A stretch of 64,000 bases of DNA, taken from contig CAVXRD010000001.1 in the NCBI GenBank assembly GCA_963764165.1, positions 352,001 to 416,000 of the forward strand, written 5' to 3'. Shown one piece after another: positions 41,881-52,919 of this stretch. A model generated the notes under the pieces. That model had not been told where the DNA came from. It did not search any database and saw nothing but the letters and a program-made list of their open reading frames with translations. A program made the translations under genes and the position numbers. The DNA is from an uncultured Verrucomicrobiae bacterium. GTDB lineage: Bacteria > Verrucomicrobiota > Verrucomicrobiia > Limisphaerales > Palsa-1400. Each line of letters opens with the position of its first letter. The stretch's first letter is position 1.

Positions 41881-44319
41881 ATGCGACGCTGGATTTTTAC
41901 TTTGCTGCTTTCCTGCTCGATTCTTCATGGCGAGGATCGGTTCTTCCCTTGCGCCCTGGTCGTCGCCAATCCGTCTCCCCGCCGCCAAGCGTTTCCTGTC
42001 GACCCGGTCGCGGAGGCTCTTGTCTCCGGCCATTGGAATTCACCCACCAACGGTCAACCCCTCTCGCCGAGCATCACGAACCATGTCTGGGAATACGCCG
42101 GGGCTGACACCAACGGGGTCTTTTCCGGTGCGCAAATGGAAGGCGGGTATCTTCGCTACTTGACTTACGCGGAATCCAACACCGTTCGCCTGCTCTCCGC
42201 GGCGGGAGCAGATGTCATGTATGTCAATGGCGAACCGCACGTGGGCGATCCTTATTTCAACGAGACTGTCACGCTGCCCGTTCTGCTTCATAAGGGTTCA
42301 AACGAATTTCTCTTCGCCGTCAGCCGCGGGCGGTTCCGCGGCAAGCTCTCCGATCCGCCAAGGCCTGTCTCGCTTTATCAGAAGGATCCAACCCTTCCCG
42401 ACATCATTCGCGGCGAGAACGATCCGCTTTGGGCCGCTGTCATCGTGATGAACGCCACGACAAATCCGCTGACCCGCCTCAACTTGCGCGCTTCCGCGGG
42501 CGGACGCCATTGGCAGGAAACCACGGTTCCGATCATTCCGCCGCTGAGCATTCGGAAGGTCGGGTTCCAATTCAAGCCGCGATGGGATGAACACACCAAC
42601 GCTTTGCCGCTTTGTGTTGAATTGCGGGCGGGCGGCAAGACACTTGATTCCAATTCGTGGCAACTCAATCTTCGACGGCCCGATGAGCATTACAAGCAGA
42701 CGTTTCGCAGCGACATCGACGGCAGCGTTCAGTATTTCGCGGTGGCGCCCGCGATTCCCCTTCCGGGCGCGCCTCCGCCGCGCGCGCTTTTCCTCTCCGT
42801 TCACGGGGCAAGTGTCGAGGCGACCAGCCAGGCGGGCGCTTACCAATCCAAGCATTGGGGCACTGTCGTCGCGCCCACCAACCGCCGTCCCTACGGGCTG
42901 GATTGGGAGGATTGGGGCCAAGCCGATGCGATGGAAGTGCTGGGGATTGCGACCAACCGTTTCGATATCGATCCGCACGAAGTCTATTTGACAGGCCACT
43001 CGATGGGCGGTCACGGAACCTGGCATCTTGGAACGACATTTCCGGATCAATTTGCGGCGATTGCTCCGAGCGCGGGCTGGATCAGTTTCTGGTCTTACGC
43101 GGGTTCCGAGCATTCCGACAATCCCGATCCGATGGCCGAAATTCTCCAGCGGGCCAGCAATCCCGGCGACACCTTGGGACTGGTCAGCAACTGCCTCCAC
43201 TTTGGCGTCTACATTCTCCATGGCACCGCTGACGACAATGTTCCGGTCAAGGAAGCGCGCACGATGCGCGACCGGCTTGCGCAATTCCACTCGGACACAA
43301 GTTACTACGAGCAACCCGGCGCGGGGCATTGGTGGGGCAATCAATGCGTCGATTGGCCGCCGCTCTTTGATTTCCTGTCGCGCCACCGGCGTCCAGATGA
43401 CGCTGATGTTCTCCACATCAACTTCACTACCATGAATCCGGGAGCTTCGGCGCGCTCGCATTGGATTTCCATCGAACAGCAGATTCATCCGCTGCAAAAA
43501 AGCGTTGTCATCGCAGATTACGATTCCATCCACCACGCTTTCAAACTCGAGACTGAAAACGTGACGCGGCTGCAATTGCGCGCAGGCAGCATCGCCGCCC
43601 CCGGCCCCGTCACGGTAAAGATCGACACGAACGAATTTTCCGCCCTGCCGGACGCAGCTCTTTCATTTGCGCTCACCAACGGCCAATGGTCTCGCAGCGG
43701 TGCGCGCCCGGCGGCGCAAAAGGGTCCTGGTCGATACGGTCCTTTCAAGGACGCGATCGGCCACGAAATGCAATTTGTCTACGCCACGCACGGTACGCCG
43801 GAGGAAAACGCGTGGGCTCTCGCCAAGGCGCGCTTCGACGCGGAGACGTGGTGGTACCGCGCGAACGGCTCCGTCGATGTCATTCCCGATAGTGTGTTCA
43901 ATGCGAATTTGGAACCTGACCGTGGGATTGTGCTTTATGGCAACGCTGACAACAACAGCGCCTGGCCATCTCTTCTCGGCGACAGTCCCATTCAAGTCCG
44001 CCGTGACGGCGTCAGCATCGAGAGCCACACTTTTGGTGGCACGGATCTCGCCTCCCTCTTTTGCCGACCGCGCCACGGAAGCGATGTTGCCTGCGTCGCG
44101 GTTGTCTCTGGAACGGGCGTGGAAGGGGATCGAATGACTGACCGCATTCCCTACATGACGGCGGGCGTTGCGTATCCTGATTGCGTCGTCTTCGGCGCCT
44201 CAAATCGTTCCGATCCAAATTCCAGAATTCTAGCCGCAGGCTACTTTGGGATGGATTGGAGCGTTGCGACCGGGGATTTTGTTTTTCGCCCGAAAGATTA
44301 TAAGCGCTTCATGTATTAG
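41881..44319 (+). CDS. Secreted alpha/beta-hydrolase (esterase or S9-like peptidase) with extra domains
   Basis: Signal peptide; SVHGA, GHSMGG nucleophile elbow, HGTADDNVP, GAGHWW. Confidence 0.85.
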   Translation: MRRWIFTLLLSCSILHGEDRFFPCALVVANPSPRRQAFPVDPVAEALVSGHWNSPTNGQPLSPSITNHVWEYAGADTNGVFSGAQMEGGYLRYLTYAESNTVRLLSAAGADVMYVNGEPHVGDPYFNETVTLPVLLHKGSNEFLFAVSRGRFRGKLSDPPRPVSLYQKDPTLPDIIRGENDPLWAAVIVMNATTNPLTRLNLRASAGGRHWQETTVPIIPPLSIRKVGFQFKPRWDEHTNALPLCVELRAGGKTLDSNSWQLNLRRPDEHYKQTFRSDIDGSVQYFAVAPAIPLPGAPPPRALFLSVHGASVEATSQAGAYQSKHWGTVVAPTNRRPYGLDWEDWGQADAMEVLGIATNRFDIDPHEVYLTGHSMGGHGTWHLGTTFPDQFAAIAPSAGWISFWSYAGSEHSDNPDPMAEILQRASNPGDTLGLVSNCLHFGVYILHGTADDNVPVKEARTMRDRLAQFHSDTSYYEQPGAGHWWGNQCVDWPPLFDFLSRHRRPDDADVLHINFTTMNPGASARSHWISIEQQIHPLQKSVVIADYDSIHHAFKLETENVTRLQLRAGSIAAPGPVTVKIDTNEFSALPDAALSFALTNGQWSRSGARPAAQKGPGRYGPFKDAIGHEMQFVYATHGTPEENAWALAKARFDAETWWYRANGSVDVIPDSVFNANLEPDRGIVLYGNADNNSAWPSLLGDSPIQVRRDGVSIESHTFGGTDLASLFCRPRHGSDVACVAVVSGTGVEGDRMTDRIPYMTAGVAYPDCVVFGASNRSDPNSRILAAGYFGMDWSVATGDFVFRPKDYKRFMY

Positions 44320-44332
44320 CAATGCTCCACCA

Positions 44333-45574
44333 TTACAATGCTTGCCGCTTTGGCTCGCGGTAACGCAGCCAGAACAACGCGGCCAATCCGGGCAGCAGCA
44401 TAAACGTCACCGCCCACGCTCCGCTGCCGGGATGATCTGGGAAAAATTTTAGCGCCGAGGCTGCCATCGCCGGACCCACGCAATTTCCAACTCCGATCAC
44501 CGCTTCATGCACGCCGCCATGCTCGCCTTTCGCCTCGCCGACGTCCATTGAGTAGAACAGGGCCGAATAGTAAATCAGCCCAATCGCGGGCCCGAAGGCG
44601 AGCTGAGCCAGCACCAGCGTCCAAAAATGCGGCACGAGAAGCAGGATGGCGAAGGAGGCGATTAGCACAACAAACGCGATCGCCAAATAACGAAATCGGT
44701 AATGCCAGCCCGGCCACATCCAAAGGCCGACAAACGCCACCGCGCGGGCAAAGAGCCAAATCGAGCACACGAATCCTGCCATCATCGGCGACAAACCCAG
44801 CCGCGCCGCGACGGCCGGCATGCTGGAGATGACGGTGTTAATGGCAAGGTAAGCCATCGGATTTGCGACCAGCGCCAGTGTTAAGAATGCGGCGGGTGGG
44901 ATTGGCGAACGGTACGTTTCCTTGATCACGTGCAAAATGGGAATTTCGCTTCGTTGGGCCACTTCCGGCTGCTTTTGAGCCTCGCCTTCCAGCCAGGTTG
45001 CGACACCGAATTCAATCGCAAGTATTCCCGCTGGCACATAAAACATGCTGGCGCCCCAGCCCCAACTGTGTTGCATTGCTCCAGCGGTGAAATAAGCGAA
45101 TCCGGCCGTCGCCGCCCAGACCACATTGTAAAATCCGACCAATCCGGGCAATCGCGCGGGCGGTTCACCTTCGCTGACCAGCGCCTCCATCGCGGGCCAT
45201 GTCAGGCACATGCCGAGCGAACCCATTACCGCCAGGGCGATTGTCAACCACACGCTTCCGGTCGCGCTGCACGCCAGAAACGCCGCAATCATGATCGCTG
45301 CTCCCGCGCGAACGGCCGTCAGATACCCGAATTTCTGCGCAAATTTCCCCCCGTAATACGCGCCGAACGCATACACCAACCCGAGCAGCGCCGCCAGCAT
45401 CAGGTCTTGCATCGGCGTGAAAAAGAACCGTTTCTCGGTGTAAAAGTAGAGAAAGTAGAAGAAATAGACGGTGGCCAATCCGTTAAGCGCTTCCAGCACA
45501 AAGCAGGCAGCCTTCAGATTGGGAGACGTGATGCCGCGATGAATTTGCGGCCTCGAAGCCAGGTCGTGTTCCAT
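44333..45574 (-). CDS. MFS transporter
   Basis: About 12 TMs; WPAMEALVS...G.YN..W. Confidence 0.82.
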   Translation of the reverse strand: MEHDLASRPQIHRGITSPNLKAACFVLEALNGLATVYFFYFLYFYTEKRFFFTPMQDLMLAALLGLVYAFGAYYGGKFAQKFGYLTAVRAGAAIMIAAFLACSATGSVWLTIALAVMGSLGMCLTWPAMEALVSEGEPPARLPGLVGFYNVVWAATAGFAYFTAGAMQHSWGWGASMFYVPAGILAIEFGVATWLEGEAQKQPEVAQRSEIPILHVIKETYRSPIPPAAFLTLALVANPMAYLAINTVISSMPAVAARLGLSPMMAGFVCSIWLFARAVAFVGLWMWPGWHYRFRYLAIAFVVLIASFAILLLVPHFWTLVLAQLAFGPAIGLIYYSALFYSMDVGEAKGEHGGVHEAVIGVGNCVGPAMAASALKFFPDHPGSGAWAVTFMLLPGLAALFWLRYREPKRQAL

Positions 45575-45656
45575 TCGATTCGGCGCAAGTTGCCTGTCAG
45601 GGAGCGTGGTGTCCAGTCTGGTTTGCCGCTTCAATGACGGCCATTATTCGCATGAA

Positions 45657-45841
45657 ATGGGACTGATGGGAATCATGGGAGTCATGGGAGGCTCGCTAAG
45701 CCCGAGATTTCCTAATCAAGGAACCAGCGCATGCAGCGCGAGAGCCTCGAAAAATCGACGGGCTTTTCGAGAATCACCCGACGATTGGAATAGCGGTCGG
45801 GAAAGAGGTTCCATAGGCCGCATATGCCGTATAACTCCTAT
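45657..45841. repeat. Inverted pair of degenerate 9-bp tandem arrays (atgggantc-like)
   Basis: 4 units at 45657-45692 (+) and 4 degenerate units at 45806-45841 (-). Confidence 0.6.
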
Positions 45842-45871
45842 TTTTCTTCTGACAAATGCAACCAACGAGGG

Positions 45872-47290
45872 TTATTTTACAAATTGAGCGCGGATGAAAA
45901 CAAAGTAAGCCAGCAGCAGAATCGCGAGCACTCCGCTCAGCCAGCGAATCTCGCGCCCTCGCCCTGCAAAAAGGCGAATAATGGGGTCTGCGATCATTCC
46001 CAATGCCAATCCGTCGGCGATGGAATATGAGAGAGGAATTCCTATCAGCGTGAGGAACGCGGGAAGGCACGCCGCCGGGTCGTCCCATTCAATTTTTGCC
46101 GCGCTTCGCATCATCATCGCTCCGACCACCACCAGCGCGGGAGCCGTCAGCGGCGGATAGCTTCCCATCATCATCACCAGCGGGCTGAAAAAGAGTGAGA
46201 GCAGAAACAATCCCGCCACCACCAAGCCAGTCAAACCAGTCCGCCCGCCCTGCTCCACCCCGGCGGCGCTCTCAATGAAACTAGTCACGGTGCTCGTTCC
46301 CATCGCCGCGCCCGCCACGGTGCCGATGGCGTCCGAGACCATCGCCTCGCGCGCCCGTAGCAATTTGTTATTGACGATGAAACCGGCCTGCTCGCACACG
46401 CCAATGAGCGTGCCGATCCCGTCAAACGTCAGCATGAACAGGAACACCGCGACAAACGGAAGCATCGCCGGAGAGAACGCTGCGGCCATATTCAATTTTA
46501 AAAACGTCGGAGCCATGGAGGGAGGCATTGAGACGACTCCTTGCGCAAATTGAAATCGTTTCACTAGCATCGATTGCGACACGACGGTTGAATTTGTCCA
46601 CGAACTCGGAAAATGCGGCAGCATAAAATGCAGCGATGCGGCCAAAATCGTAGCGGCCACGATGCCCCATAAAATCGCGCCGCGCATTTTTCTCGCCTGA
46701 AAAATAGCCGTCAATAATAGGGAGGCGAAAAAGATGATCATGTCCGGGGAGCCGAATTGCGCGTTCAATTTCACCGCGCTCCCTGCATCCTTCACGATGA
46801 CTCCCGCATTTTGCAATCCAATGAACGCGATGAAAAGCCCAATGCCAGCGGCGGCGGCGTTTTTCAAACTTGGGCTGACCGAATCAAAAATCATCGCCCG
46901 GATGCCGAACAATGAAAGGATCAGGAAAAGAATGCCCGACACCATGACGGTCCCCAGCGCGACCTGCCACGGGTCTTTGAACCCCGCCGCGGCCGCGGCG
47001 GGAATCGCGGAGAATACGAAGAAAAAATTCTCGCCCATTCCAGGCGCCTGGGCGATCGGATAGCGCGCGCAAAGCGCCATGATGGCCGTCGCAAGGGCGG
47101 CGGAAAGGCACGTGGCGGTCATCACTGAACCGGCATCCATTCCGCTGGCGAAGCCGAACATCTGCCCGGAAAGGACGGATGGCTGCACCACCACGATGTA
47201 CGCCATCGTGAGAAAGGTGGTGAGTCCGGCGAAGATTTCGGTGCGGACGGTGGTCTGGTTTGCGTTCAGCTTAAACAAACGTTCGAGCAT
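45872..47290 (-). CDS. NCS2/AzgA-family nucleobase permease
   Basis: TEIFAGLTTFLTMAYI, APGMG, TSFIESAAGVEQGGRTGLT, YSIADG. Confidence 0.93.
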   Translation of the reverse strand: MLERLFKLNANQTTVRTEIFAGLTTFLTMAYIVVVQPSVLSGQMFGFASGMDAGSVMTATCLSAALATAIMALCARYPIAQAPGMGENFFFVFSAIPAAAAAGFKDPWQVALGTVMVSGILFLILSLFGIRAMIFDSVSPSLKNAAAAGIGLFIAFIGLQNAGVIVKDAGSAVKLNAQFGSPDMIIFFASLLLTAIFQARKMRGAILWGIVAATILAASLHFMLPHFPSSWTNSTVVSQSMLVKRFQFAQGVVSMPPSMAPTFLKLNMAAAFSPAMLPFVAVFLFMLTFDGIGTLIGVCEQAGFIVNNKLLRAREAMVSDAIGTVAGAAMGTSTVTSFIESAAGVEQGGRTGLTGLVVAGLFLLSLFFSPLVMMMGSYPPLTAPALVVVGAMMMRSAAKIEWDDPAACLPAFLTLIGIPLSYSIADGLALGMIADPIIRLFAGRGREIRWLSGVLAILLLAYFVFIRAQFVK

Positions 47291-47350
47291 ATGGCCAACG
47301 CAGGCCGATCATGCGCGAACGTTTTGCTGACAGCAACGGGAAAACGCGGC

Positions 47351-47432
47351 GGCAGGGACGTCTCGCCGAAACGTCCGGGGTGAGGTGGTCATCCGCGCGC
47401 AACCCGGGACGCCTCGGCGAGGCGTCCCTGCC
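47351..47432. repeat. GCAG/GTAG-type REP doublet
   Basis: ggcagggacgtctcgccgaaacgtcc ... ggacgcctcggcgaggcgtccctgcc. Confidence 0.85.
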
Positions 47433-47440
47433 TCGGACGA

Positions 47441-47935
47441 TTACACTGGCACCTCTTCCAAGGCTTCTTCGTTCTTGGCCAGCGACAAATCGGTCAGGTT
47501 TTGATCGGCTTCTTTTTCCTGATCGAGAATTTCCTGGAGAATTTCCGCGGCGGGTTCGCTGCCGAGGAGCTTGGCCCATGTGCAAAGCGTGCCGTAGGTG
47601 GCGATTTCGTAGTGCTCAACCTTCTGGCAGGCCGCGATGATGGCGGCGTTGATGCTCGGGCTTTCCTTGTTTTCGGCCACAATTTCGTCGCCTTCGTCAA
47701 GGATGCCGACCATGGCCGGGCACTTTTTGGTGCGCGGCTTTTCCTCAAAGATCTCGAAGACGCGCTCCAGTTGCTCGATCTGGTTTTCAGTTTCCTCGAG
47801 ATGGTTTTCCAGCGCATCCTGCAGTTCCCCGCAGGTAGCGGCGTCCATCATTTTCGGAAGAGCCTTGGTGATGCGGTGCTCCGCGTCGTACATATCAGCC
47901 AATTCGTTTAAGAACAAAGTTCTGAGTGCCTTCAT
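47441..47935 (-). CDS. YciE/YciF (DUF892) ferritin-like protein
   Basis: ELADMYDAE, HLEET, QKVEHYEIATYGTL, EKEAD. Confidence 0.92.
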   Translation of the reverse strand: MKALRTLFLNELADMYDAEHRITKALPKMMDAATCGELQDALENHLEETENQIEQLERVFEIFEEKPRTKKCPAMVGILDEGDEIVAENKESPSINAAIIAACQKVEHYEIATYGTLCTWAKLLGSEPAAEILQEILDQEKEADQNLTDLSLAKNEEALEEVPV

Positions 47936-48133
47936 AATTCAATTTTAGTCTGGGTTAATTGTTTTGACGCGAGCCAGCGCCGCGCTTGCAACAATCCTTA
48001 GCTAGGCAAATGCCAAGTGCCTCTCCCCGGGGAATTTCCGCGAAAAGGCATGCAATTAGAGCTTAAACTGGCACTTTGCATGGTGAAACCGTGCATGAAT
48101 CCATGTGGGGCTCGGCAGCCTGCACCAACGAAC

Positions 48134-48616
48134 CTACTTGTCTGCAACGGCGTCGTAAACCTCGGCAGCGTGCGGACGGGGTTTCACTTCACACCAGATT
48201 TTGCGGATGCGGCCGTCGGGGCCAATGAGAAACGTGATGCGATGCATTCCCATATATTTCCGCCCCAGAAAGCTCTTCTGCCCCCACGCGCCGTATGCCG
48301 TCGCAATGCCTTTGTCCTCGTCGGAAAGTAAAGGGAATGGCAGTTCGTATTTCTTGGCGAACTTGTCGTGCGAAGCCACCGAATCGGCGCTTACGCCGAG
48401 CACGACGGCATCCTTCTTGGTGAAATCGGCGTATTGATCGCGAAAATGGCAGGCTTCCATCGTGCAACCCGGCGTATCGTCACGCGGATAGAAGTAGAGC
48501 ACGACGTTTTTCCCGCGAAACTCGGTCAGGCAGACGACCTTCCCGCCATTGGTCTTTGCGGTGAATAGCGGTGCCATGTCCCCTTCCTTGACTGGCAAAT
48601 TGAGTGCTTTCGGCAT
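48134..48616 (-). CDS. bcp: Thioredoxin-dependent peroxiredoxin BCP
   Basis: VLYFYPRDDTPGCTMEAC, GVSAD, R.TFLIG. Confidence 0.92.
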   Translation of the reverse strand: MPKALNLPVKEGDMAPLFTAKTNGGKVVCLTEFRGKNVVLYFYPRDDTPGCTMEACHFRDQYADFTKKDAVVLGVSADSVASHDKFAKKYELPFPLLSDEDKGIATAYGAWGQKSFLGRKYMGMHRITFLIGPDGRIRKIWCEVKPRPHAAEVYDAVADK

Positions 48617-48688
48617 ATTGAAAATCGTTGGTACTCGCTTTCCCCAATTAATGCAACGACCGTGTCGAACGCAAACCAGTCGTTGGCG

Positions 48689-48715
48689 GGGACGCCTCGG
48701 CGAGGCGTCTCTACC
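48689..48715. repeat. GTAG-type REP, single copy
   Basis: gggacgcctcggcgaggcgtctctacc. Confidence 0.8.
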
Positions 48716-48716
48716 C

Positions 48717-50027
48717 TTATTTCTTGCCGAAACAGTAGAGGTGGGCGGATGTGCGGATGAACAACCGCCCTTCGGCAGCGGCAATGGTGGCGTGAGTGCG
48801 GCCTTCATCTCCCAAATCTCCTTCGCTTAACGCAGCCGTGCAGAGGACTTTCCCGTCTTCCGCTGACATGACGACCGCCGTGCCAAACTCACTTAAGCAA
48901 TAAAGTTTGCCGTCGGCTCCCGTCGGCGAGGCGCGAAAAATCTCCCTTACTCCCAGCGATTGCTTCCATTTGACCACGCCACTCGACGGCTCCACGCAGA
49001 ACATCGTCTGTTTGTCACCGTCCAGGACATAGAGTTGCTTTTTGTAATAAAGCGGCGTCGGGCAATCTGTGGTGAATTCCTTGGACGACCATGCTAATTC
49101 AGAGGTGGATACATCTCCCTTGCCACACTGGCGGTAGGCGAGGAACGGATTTCGCTTTGGCCCGCAAATGAATATCATTCCATCGGCCACCAGCGGCGAA
49201 GGCACAAGCCGCGACGTTGAGGGTTCGCGCAGATTTACAATGCCCCCGCCCCGCCAAATTTCCTCGCCGGTGGCCGCATCTTCGCCGGTCAGGTAATTGC
49301 CGCCCGCAACCACAATCTGCGCCTTGCCATCGCATTCGCTGGGAATCGGGGTGGAATACGCTTCCTGCGACTCGTTGAGGGCGTCGGTTTTGCGCTCATG
49401 CTTCCAGACGTTCTCACCAGTGGCCGGATCCATACAAAGTATGAATGACTCAGCCCCGCGCCGCAGCACCTCCACGTAGAGATGGTTTTTGTAAAGCAGC
49501 GGCGTGCAACCGTAAAGCCACTGAATCGAGAACGGCCCGAATTCCTTGGTCAAATGGCGCTCCCAAAGTTTCTTCCCGCTGAAATCGTAGGCGGCCATGT
49601 CTCCGGTCCCGAACATCGTCCAGACCGTTTTGCCGTCGGTGATTGGCGAAGGCGACGCGAGATTATTGCGGGTTTTGGCGCGGTTTCCCGTGCTGGCTTG
49701 CTGCTGCCAGCGGATTTTGCCGGAGTCGCGATCCAGGCACATGAGAACAAGATTCCCGTCCGCATCCGGACTGTTGACAAAAACAGAATCGTTCCAGACG
49801 ATCGGCGTTGCGTGCGCCTGGCCAGGCAGCGGCGTCGACCAGAACAAGTTGTTTGTTTTGCTGAACGTGTCGGGCAGGTTTGCCTCGGTAGTGGAGCCGT
49901 CAAGGGATGGCCCGCGCCATTGCGGCCAGTTTTCGCCCATCGACGAAGTTGCCGCTCCACACCAGCACGCCACAGCGATGGCGTTCAAACTGCCCCAGGA
50001 AATTCTCATACCGCGTGGCCACATCAT
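48717..50027 (-). CDS. PQQ-like beta-propeller repeat protein
   Basis: NWPQWRGP, repeated D..TG...W motifs, LFIRT..HLYCF C-terminus. Confidence 0.88.
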   Translation of the reverse strand: MMWPRGMRISWGSLNAIAVACWCGAATSSMGENWPQWRGPSLDGSTTEANLPDTFSKTNNLFWSTPLPGQAHATPIVWNDSVFVNSPDADGNLVLMCLDRDSGKIRWQQQASTGNRAKTRNNLASPSPITDGKTVWTMFGTGDMAAYDFSGKKLWERHLTKEFGPFSIQWLYGCTPLLYKNHLYVEVLRRGAESFILCMDPATGENVWKHERKTDALNESQEAYSTPIPSECDGKAQIVVAGGNYLTGEDAATGEEIWRGGGIVNLREPSTSRLVPSPLVADGMIFICGPKRNPFLAYRQCGKGDVSTSELAWSSKEFTTDCPTPLYYKKQLYVLDGDKQTMFCVEPSSGVVKWKQSLGVREIFRASPTGADGKLYCLSEFGTAVVMSAEDGKVLCTAALSEGDLGDEGRTHATIAAAEGRLFIRTSAHLYCFGKK

Positions 50028-50423
50028 CTACAAAATTCCGAGACAGGCAACCAAAATCCAGAGGCATGCATGCCACAAACCACCTTCGGCCGAGCGGTGA
50101 GTTTGGAAACTTGCCCGGCACGTGCAATTCAATTACACTCGCCCGGATGGATAAGGCGCCTGAGTCTTGAAGTGGCACTGCGCATTGTGGCGCCAGCTTG
50201 ATCTGGCGAAGAATGCCTTTCGAGAATTCCACTCGCAATGCTTTTGGTCGCATCGCGAAGACGCGGAAATAACAAAGAAAATCCCGTTCATCTCCCTGGC
50301 CTGCGCGAAAATGGCGGATTGGCAGGCTGGCAGGCCGCAGCCACCTGCCGCCGCCCGGGGGCTGCCGGGCAGCAGGCGCTGCGGCTGCCGGGGGCAAATC
50401 TAAATTCCGCCAGCGGAGCCATT

Positions 50424-50996
50424 ATGAAAAAAAAGAATCCAAAACCAGCGGAATGCTATTCGGCGTTCCTGCGGGGCATCAACGTCGGCGGCAACAAAAT
50501 CATCAAGATGGCCGATGTCAAAAAAGCCTTCGAATCGATGGGTTTTGACGGCGTCGAAACTGTCGGCGCAAGCGGCAATATTCTCTTTTCCGGGGAACCG
50601 ATGGATGCCGCGACAATGGCCAAGCGCCTCGAAGACGGCCTGCGCGAGAAACTGGCGGCGACAAGCTCCATCATCGTGCGAACCTGCGCAGCCCTCCGCC
50701 AAATGATCGCTGCCGAGCCATTTAAAAAAATCAAAGTCACGCCAGACACGCGCCTCTACGTCACCTTCTTCAACGCCGCTCCAGTCTCCAAAAACAAAAT
50801 CGCCATCCCCTACCGCTCCCCGGACAAAATCTTCGAACTCCTAAGCCTCACCGGTTGCGAACTCTATTCCGTGGTCGACCTCAGCACCGGCGGCAGCACA
50901 CTAGACGCAATGGGGCTCATCGAAAAAGAATTCGGCAAAGCCGGCACCACGCGCAACTGGAATACGGTTCAGAAACTAGTCGTCAAAGCTGGCTAG
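50424..50996 (+). CDS. DUF1697-family protein
   Basis: AFLRGINVGG...M, V.T..ASGN, TTRNWNTV. Confidence 0.88.
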   Translation: MKKKNPKPAECYSAFLRGINVGGNKIIKMADVKKAFESMGFDGVETVGASGNILFSGEPMDAATMAKRLEDGLREKLAATSSIIVRTCAALRQMIAAEPFKKIKVTPDTRLYVTFFNAAPVSKNKIAIPYRSPDKIFELLSLTGCELYSVVDLSTGGSTLDAMGLIEKEFGKAGTTRNWNTVQKLVVKAG

Positions 50997-51125
50997 CATA
51001 CTTGCAAAACGCAGTTTTGGGACTCGCCCTTAAAAGGAGCCAATTGATCCGTGCTGGTAAATTCCTTGCAACAAGGCAATGAAGAACACGAAGAAATTTG
51101 TCTCGCACGCGCTCCGCGGAGTCGA

Positions 51126-51542
51126 TCATATCATTCGCTGCGATTCTTCTCGATCCAAATCATAAATGATCTGGAATTCGATGGCTCCATCTTTGACACC
51201 ATAGCCGCCGCTGCCAGTCATCCCGGCCAAATCTCCGGCGCCGGAACCTCTCAGCACCTTCCATGAACTCCGCGGCTCGCCCGCAAAAACGCCGTCGTGC
51301 TGAATGACAAAGCTGCCCTCTCTGCCGTCCAGCGTGCCGGTGATGCGTTCAAAGCCGATGAAGTGCGTGGCGCCATCTGCGCCCGCGCACATCAAAAATT
51401 CCGCCACGCCCTCGCCTACGATTGCGCCAGTGTAAGAATGCACCGCTTTTGTGAGTGTCAATTTCGTTTCGCCTCCGATATCGCCGGAAGGCATGTCTTT
51501 CCAGTCTTTGATGGAAAAGGTGGATTTTGATGTGGTGCTCAT
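51126..51542 (-). CDS. DUF3224-family protein
   Basis: FSIKDW, GFERITGTLDGREGSFVIQH, GSGAGDLAGMTG. Confidence 0.85.
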   Translation of the reverse strand: MSTTSKSTFSIKDWKDMPSGDIGGETKLTLTKAVHSYTGAIVGEGVAEFLMCAGADGATHFIGFERITGTLDGREGSFVIQHDGVFAGEPRSSWKVLRGSGAGDLAGMTGSGGYGVKDGAIEFQIIYDLDREESQRMI

Positions 51543-51792
51543 AGTCGCAAAAAAGCGCATCGTGCCCGGCCAGCGAAGCCGAGTCAATCGTGGCGCGCCA
51601 GGCTGGCCGGGCCAGCGGGTTGCATCGGCCCGCCGTTGCACACGAGATCTTCCGCGGCTTGGCGTCCTTGCGCCCTTGCGTTGAAGCGGCAGCGGTCTTT
51701 GAAGGTCAGGCTGTTTCAGCACAGCAAACCACCGACAATCTTTCGCAAGCCGCCGTTAGCGGAACAAAATCATTTCAACTACAACTGGGCGC

Positions 51793-52599
51793 ATGAAAAT
51801 GAAACGTGGATTCACTTTGATTGAGCTGCTGGTGGTCATTGCCATCATCGCCATTCTCGCCGCTATGCTTCTGCCCTCGCTGGCTAAGGCCAAGGAACAG
51901 GCCAACCGCACCGCTTGTCTCAGCAACCTCAAGCAATGGGGCTTGGCGCTGGACATGTATTTGGATGATTACAGCCAGGTTTTTCCCGATTTCAGCATTC
52001 CCAATAACACGCCTGAAGCTCCCAGCGGCTACGATCAGGACAATCTCCATTGGAGCGACCTCGCCATTTTTGCCGCCGAGGGATACGGAAACGCCGCCTG
52101 GTTCAACGCCCTGCCGCCATATGTGTCACAGCAAGCGCTTTGGCAATACTCGGCCAACCCCACCAACTTTGTGGATGGCCGCAGCATTTTCAATTGTCCC
52201 ACCGCTCGCTTCCTGGCCGGTGAAGTTGCTCCGTTAAATCGCGTGGCTTTCAGTTATGGCATCAATTTCAAAGGCACCAACGGATTGGTTCCCGCGAGTT
52301 CCCCCTTCAAGGCCAGCGCGGTGCTGCACCCGTCGGCATTTGTCTTTTATTCAGACGTTCGGGCCAATTCCGGTGAAACACCATTTTATGGCGCGAATCC
52401 GCTCAACGATCTGGGGGCTGCGCGCGGATCGCTCAACCACCTCTCCTCGCGTCATGATTCCGGGGCAAATCTCACTTTCCTTGACGGCCACTCGGCTTAT
52501 TTCAAATATTCGTACATGGCCTACCAGAAAGGCACCAAGATTGGCGATCCCGGCCGGTCGGACATCAATTGGTCTTACGACGGCACGCCTTCGCAATAA
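51793..52599 (+). CDS. Prepilin-type N-terminal / H-X9-DG domain protein
   Basis: [44 protein letters not shown]. Confidence 0.9.
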   Translation: MKMKRGFTLIELLVVIAIIAILAAMLLPSLAKAKEQANRTACLSNLKQWGLALDMYLDDYSQVFPDFSIPNNTPEAPSGYDQDNLHWSDLAIFAAEGYGNAAWFNALPPYVSQQALWQYSANPTNFVDGRSIFNCPTARFLAGEVAPLNRVAFSYGINFKGTNGLVPASSPFKASAVLHPSAFVFYSDVRANSGETPFYGANPLNDLGAARGSLNHLSSRHDSGANLTFLDGHSAYFKYSYMAYQKGTKIGDPGRSDINWSYDGTPSQ

Positions 52600-52919
52600 T
52601 ACGGAAAAGCAGATTTCAGGAAAATGTTTAGAGCCTAAAGGCAAAACGGCCCGATTTCTGCTTACCGCGTGGGTTCGTAAACATGAGCAGAATTTGCCTG
52701 ATGAAGAACCCAAAGACTATCCTTGCCACAACCTAGGGGATTGGCCTATATAGTGCAGCGATCCTTTATAATGTCATTGTCCAACAAACCGCAACCAAGG
52801 CAGAACAGGGTAAAGCCGGAAACCGAAGACGCCGATAATCGCGGTGGCCGCAGAGAGCCGTCGCAAGTTATCGCCCTAGGGCATGTTTGGCGGCCCAGGC
52901 AGAGCCGGCGCAACTGACT

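Noticed and set aside
52600..52919. Possible c-di-GMP riboswitch upstream of the pil-like operon
   Set aside because: Only scattered GGCAAA/GAAA words; conserved stems and spacing could not be built by eye; needs an Infernal scan
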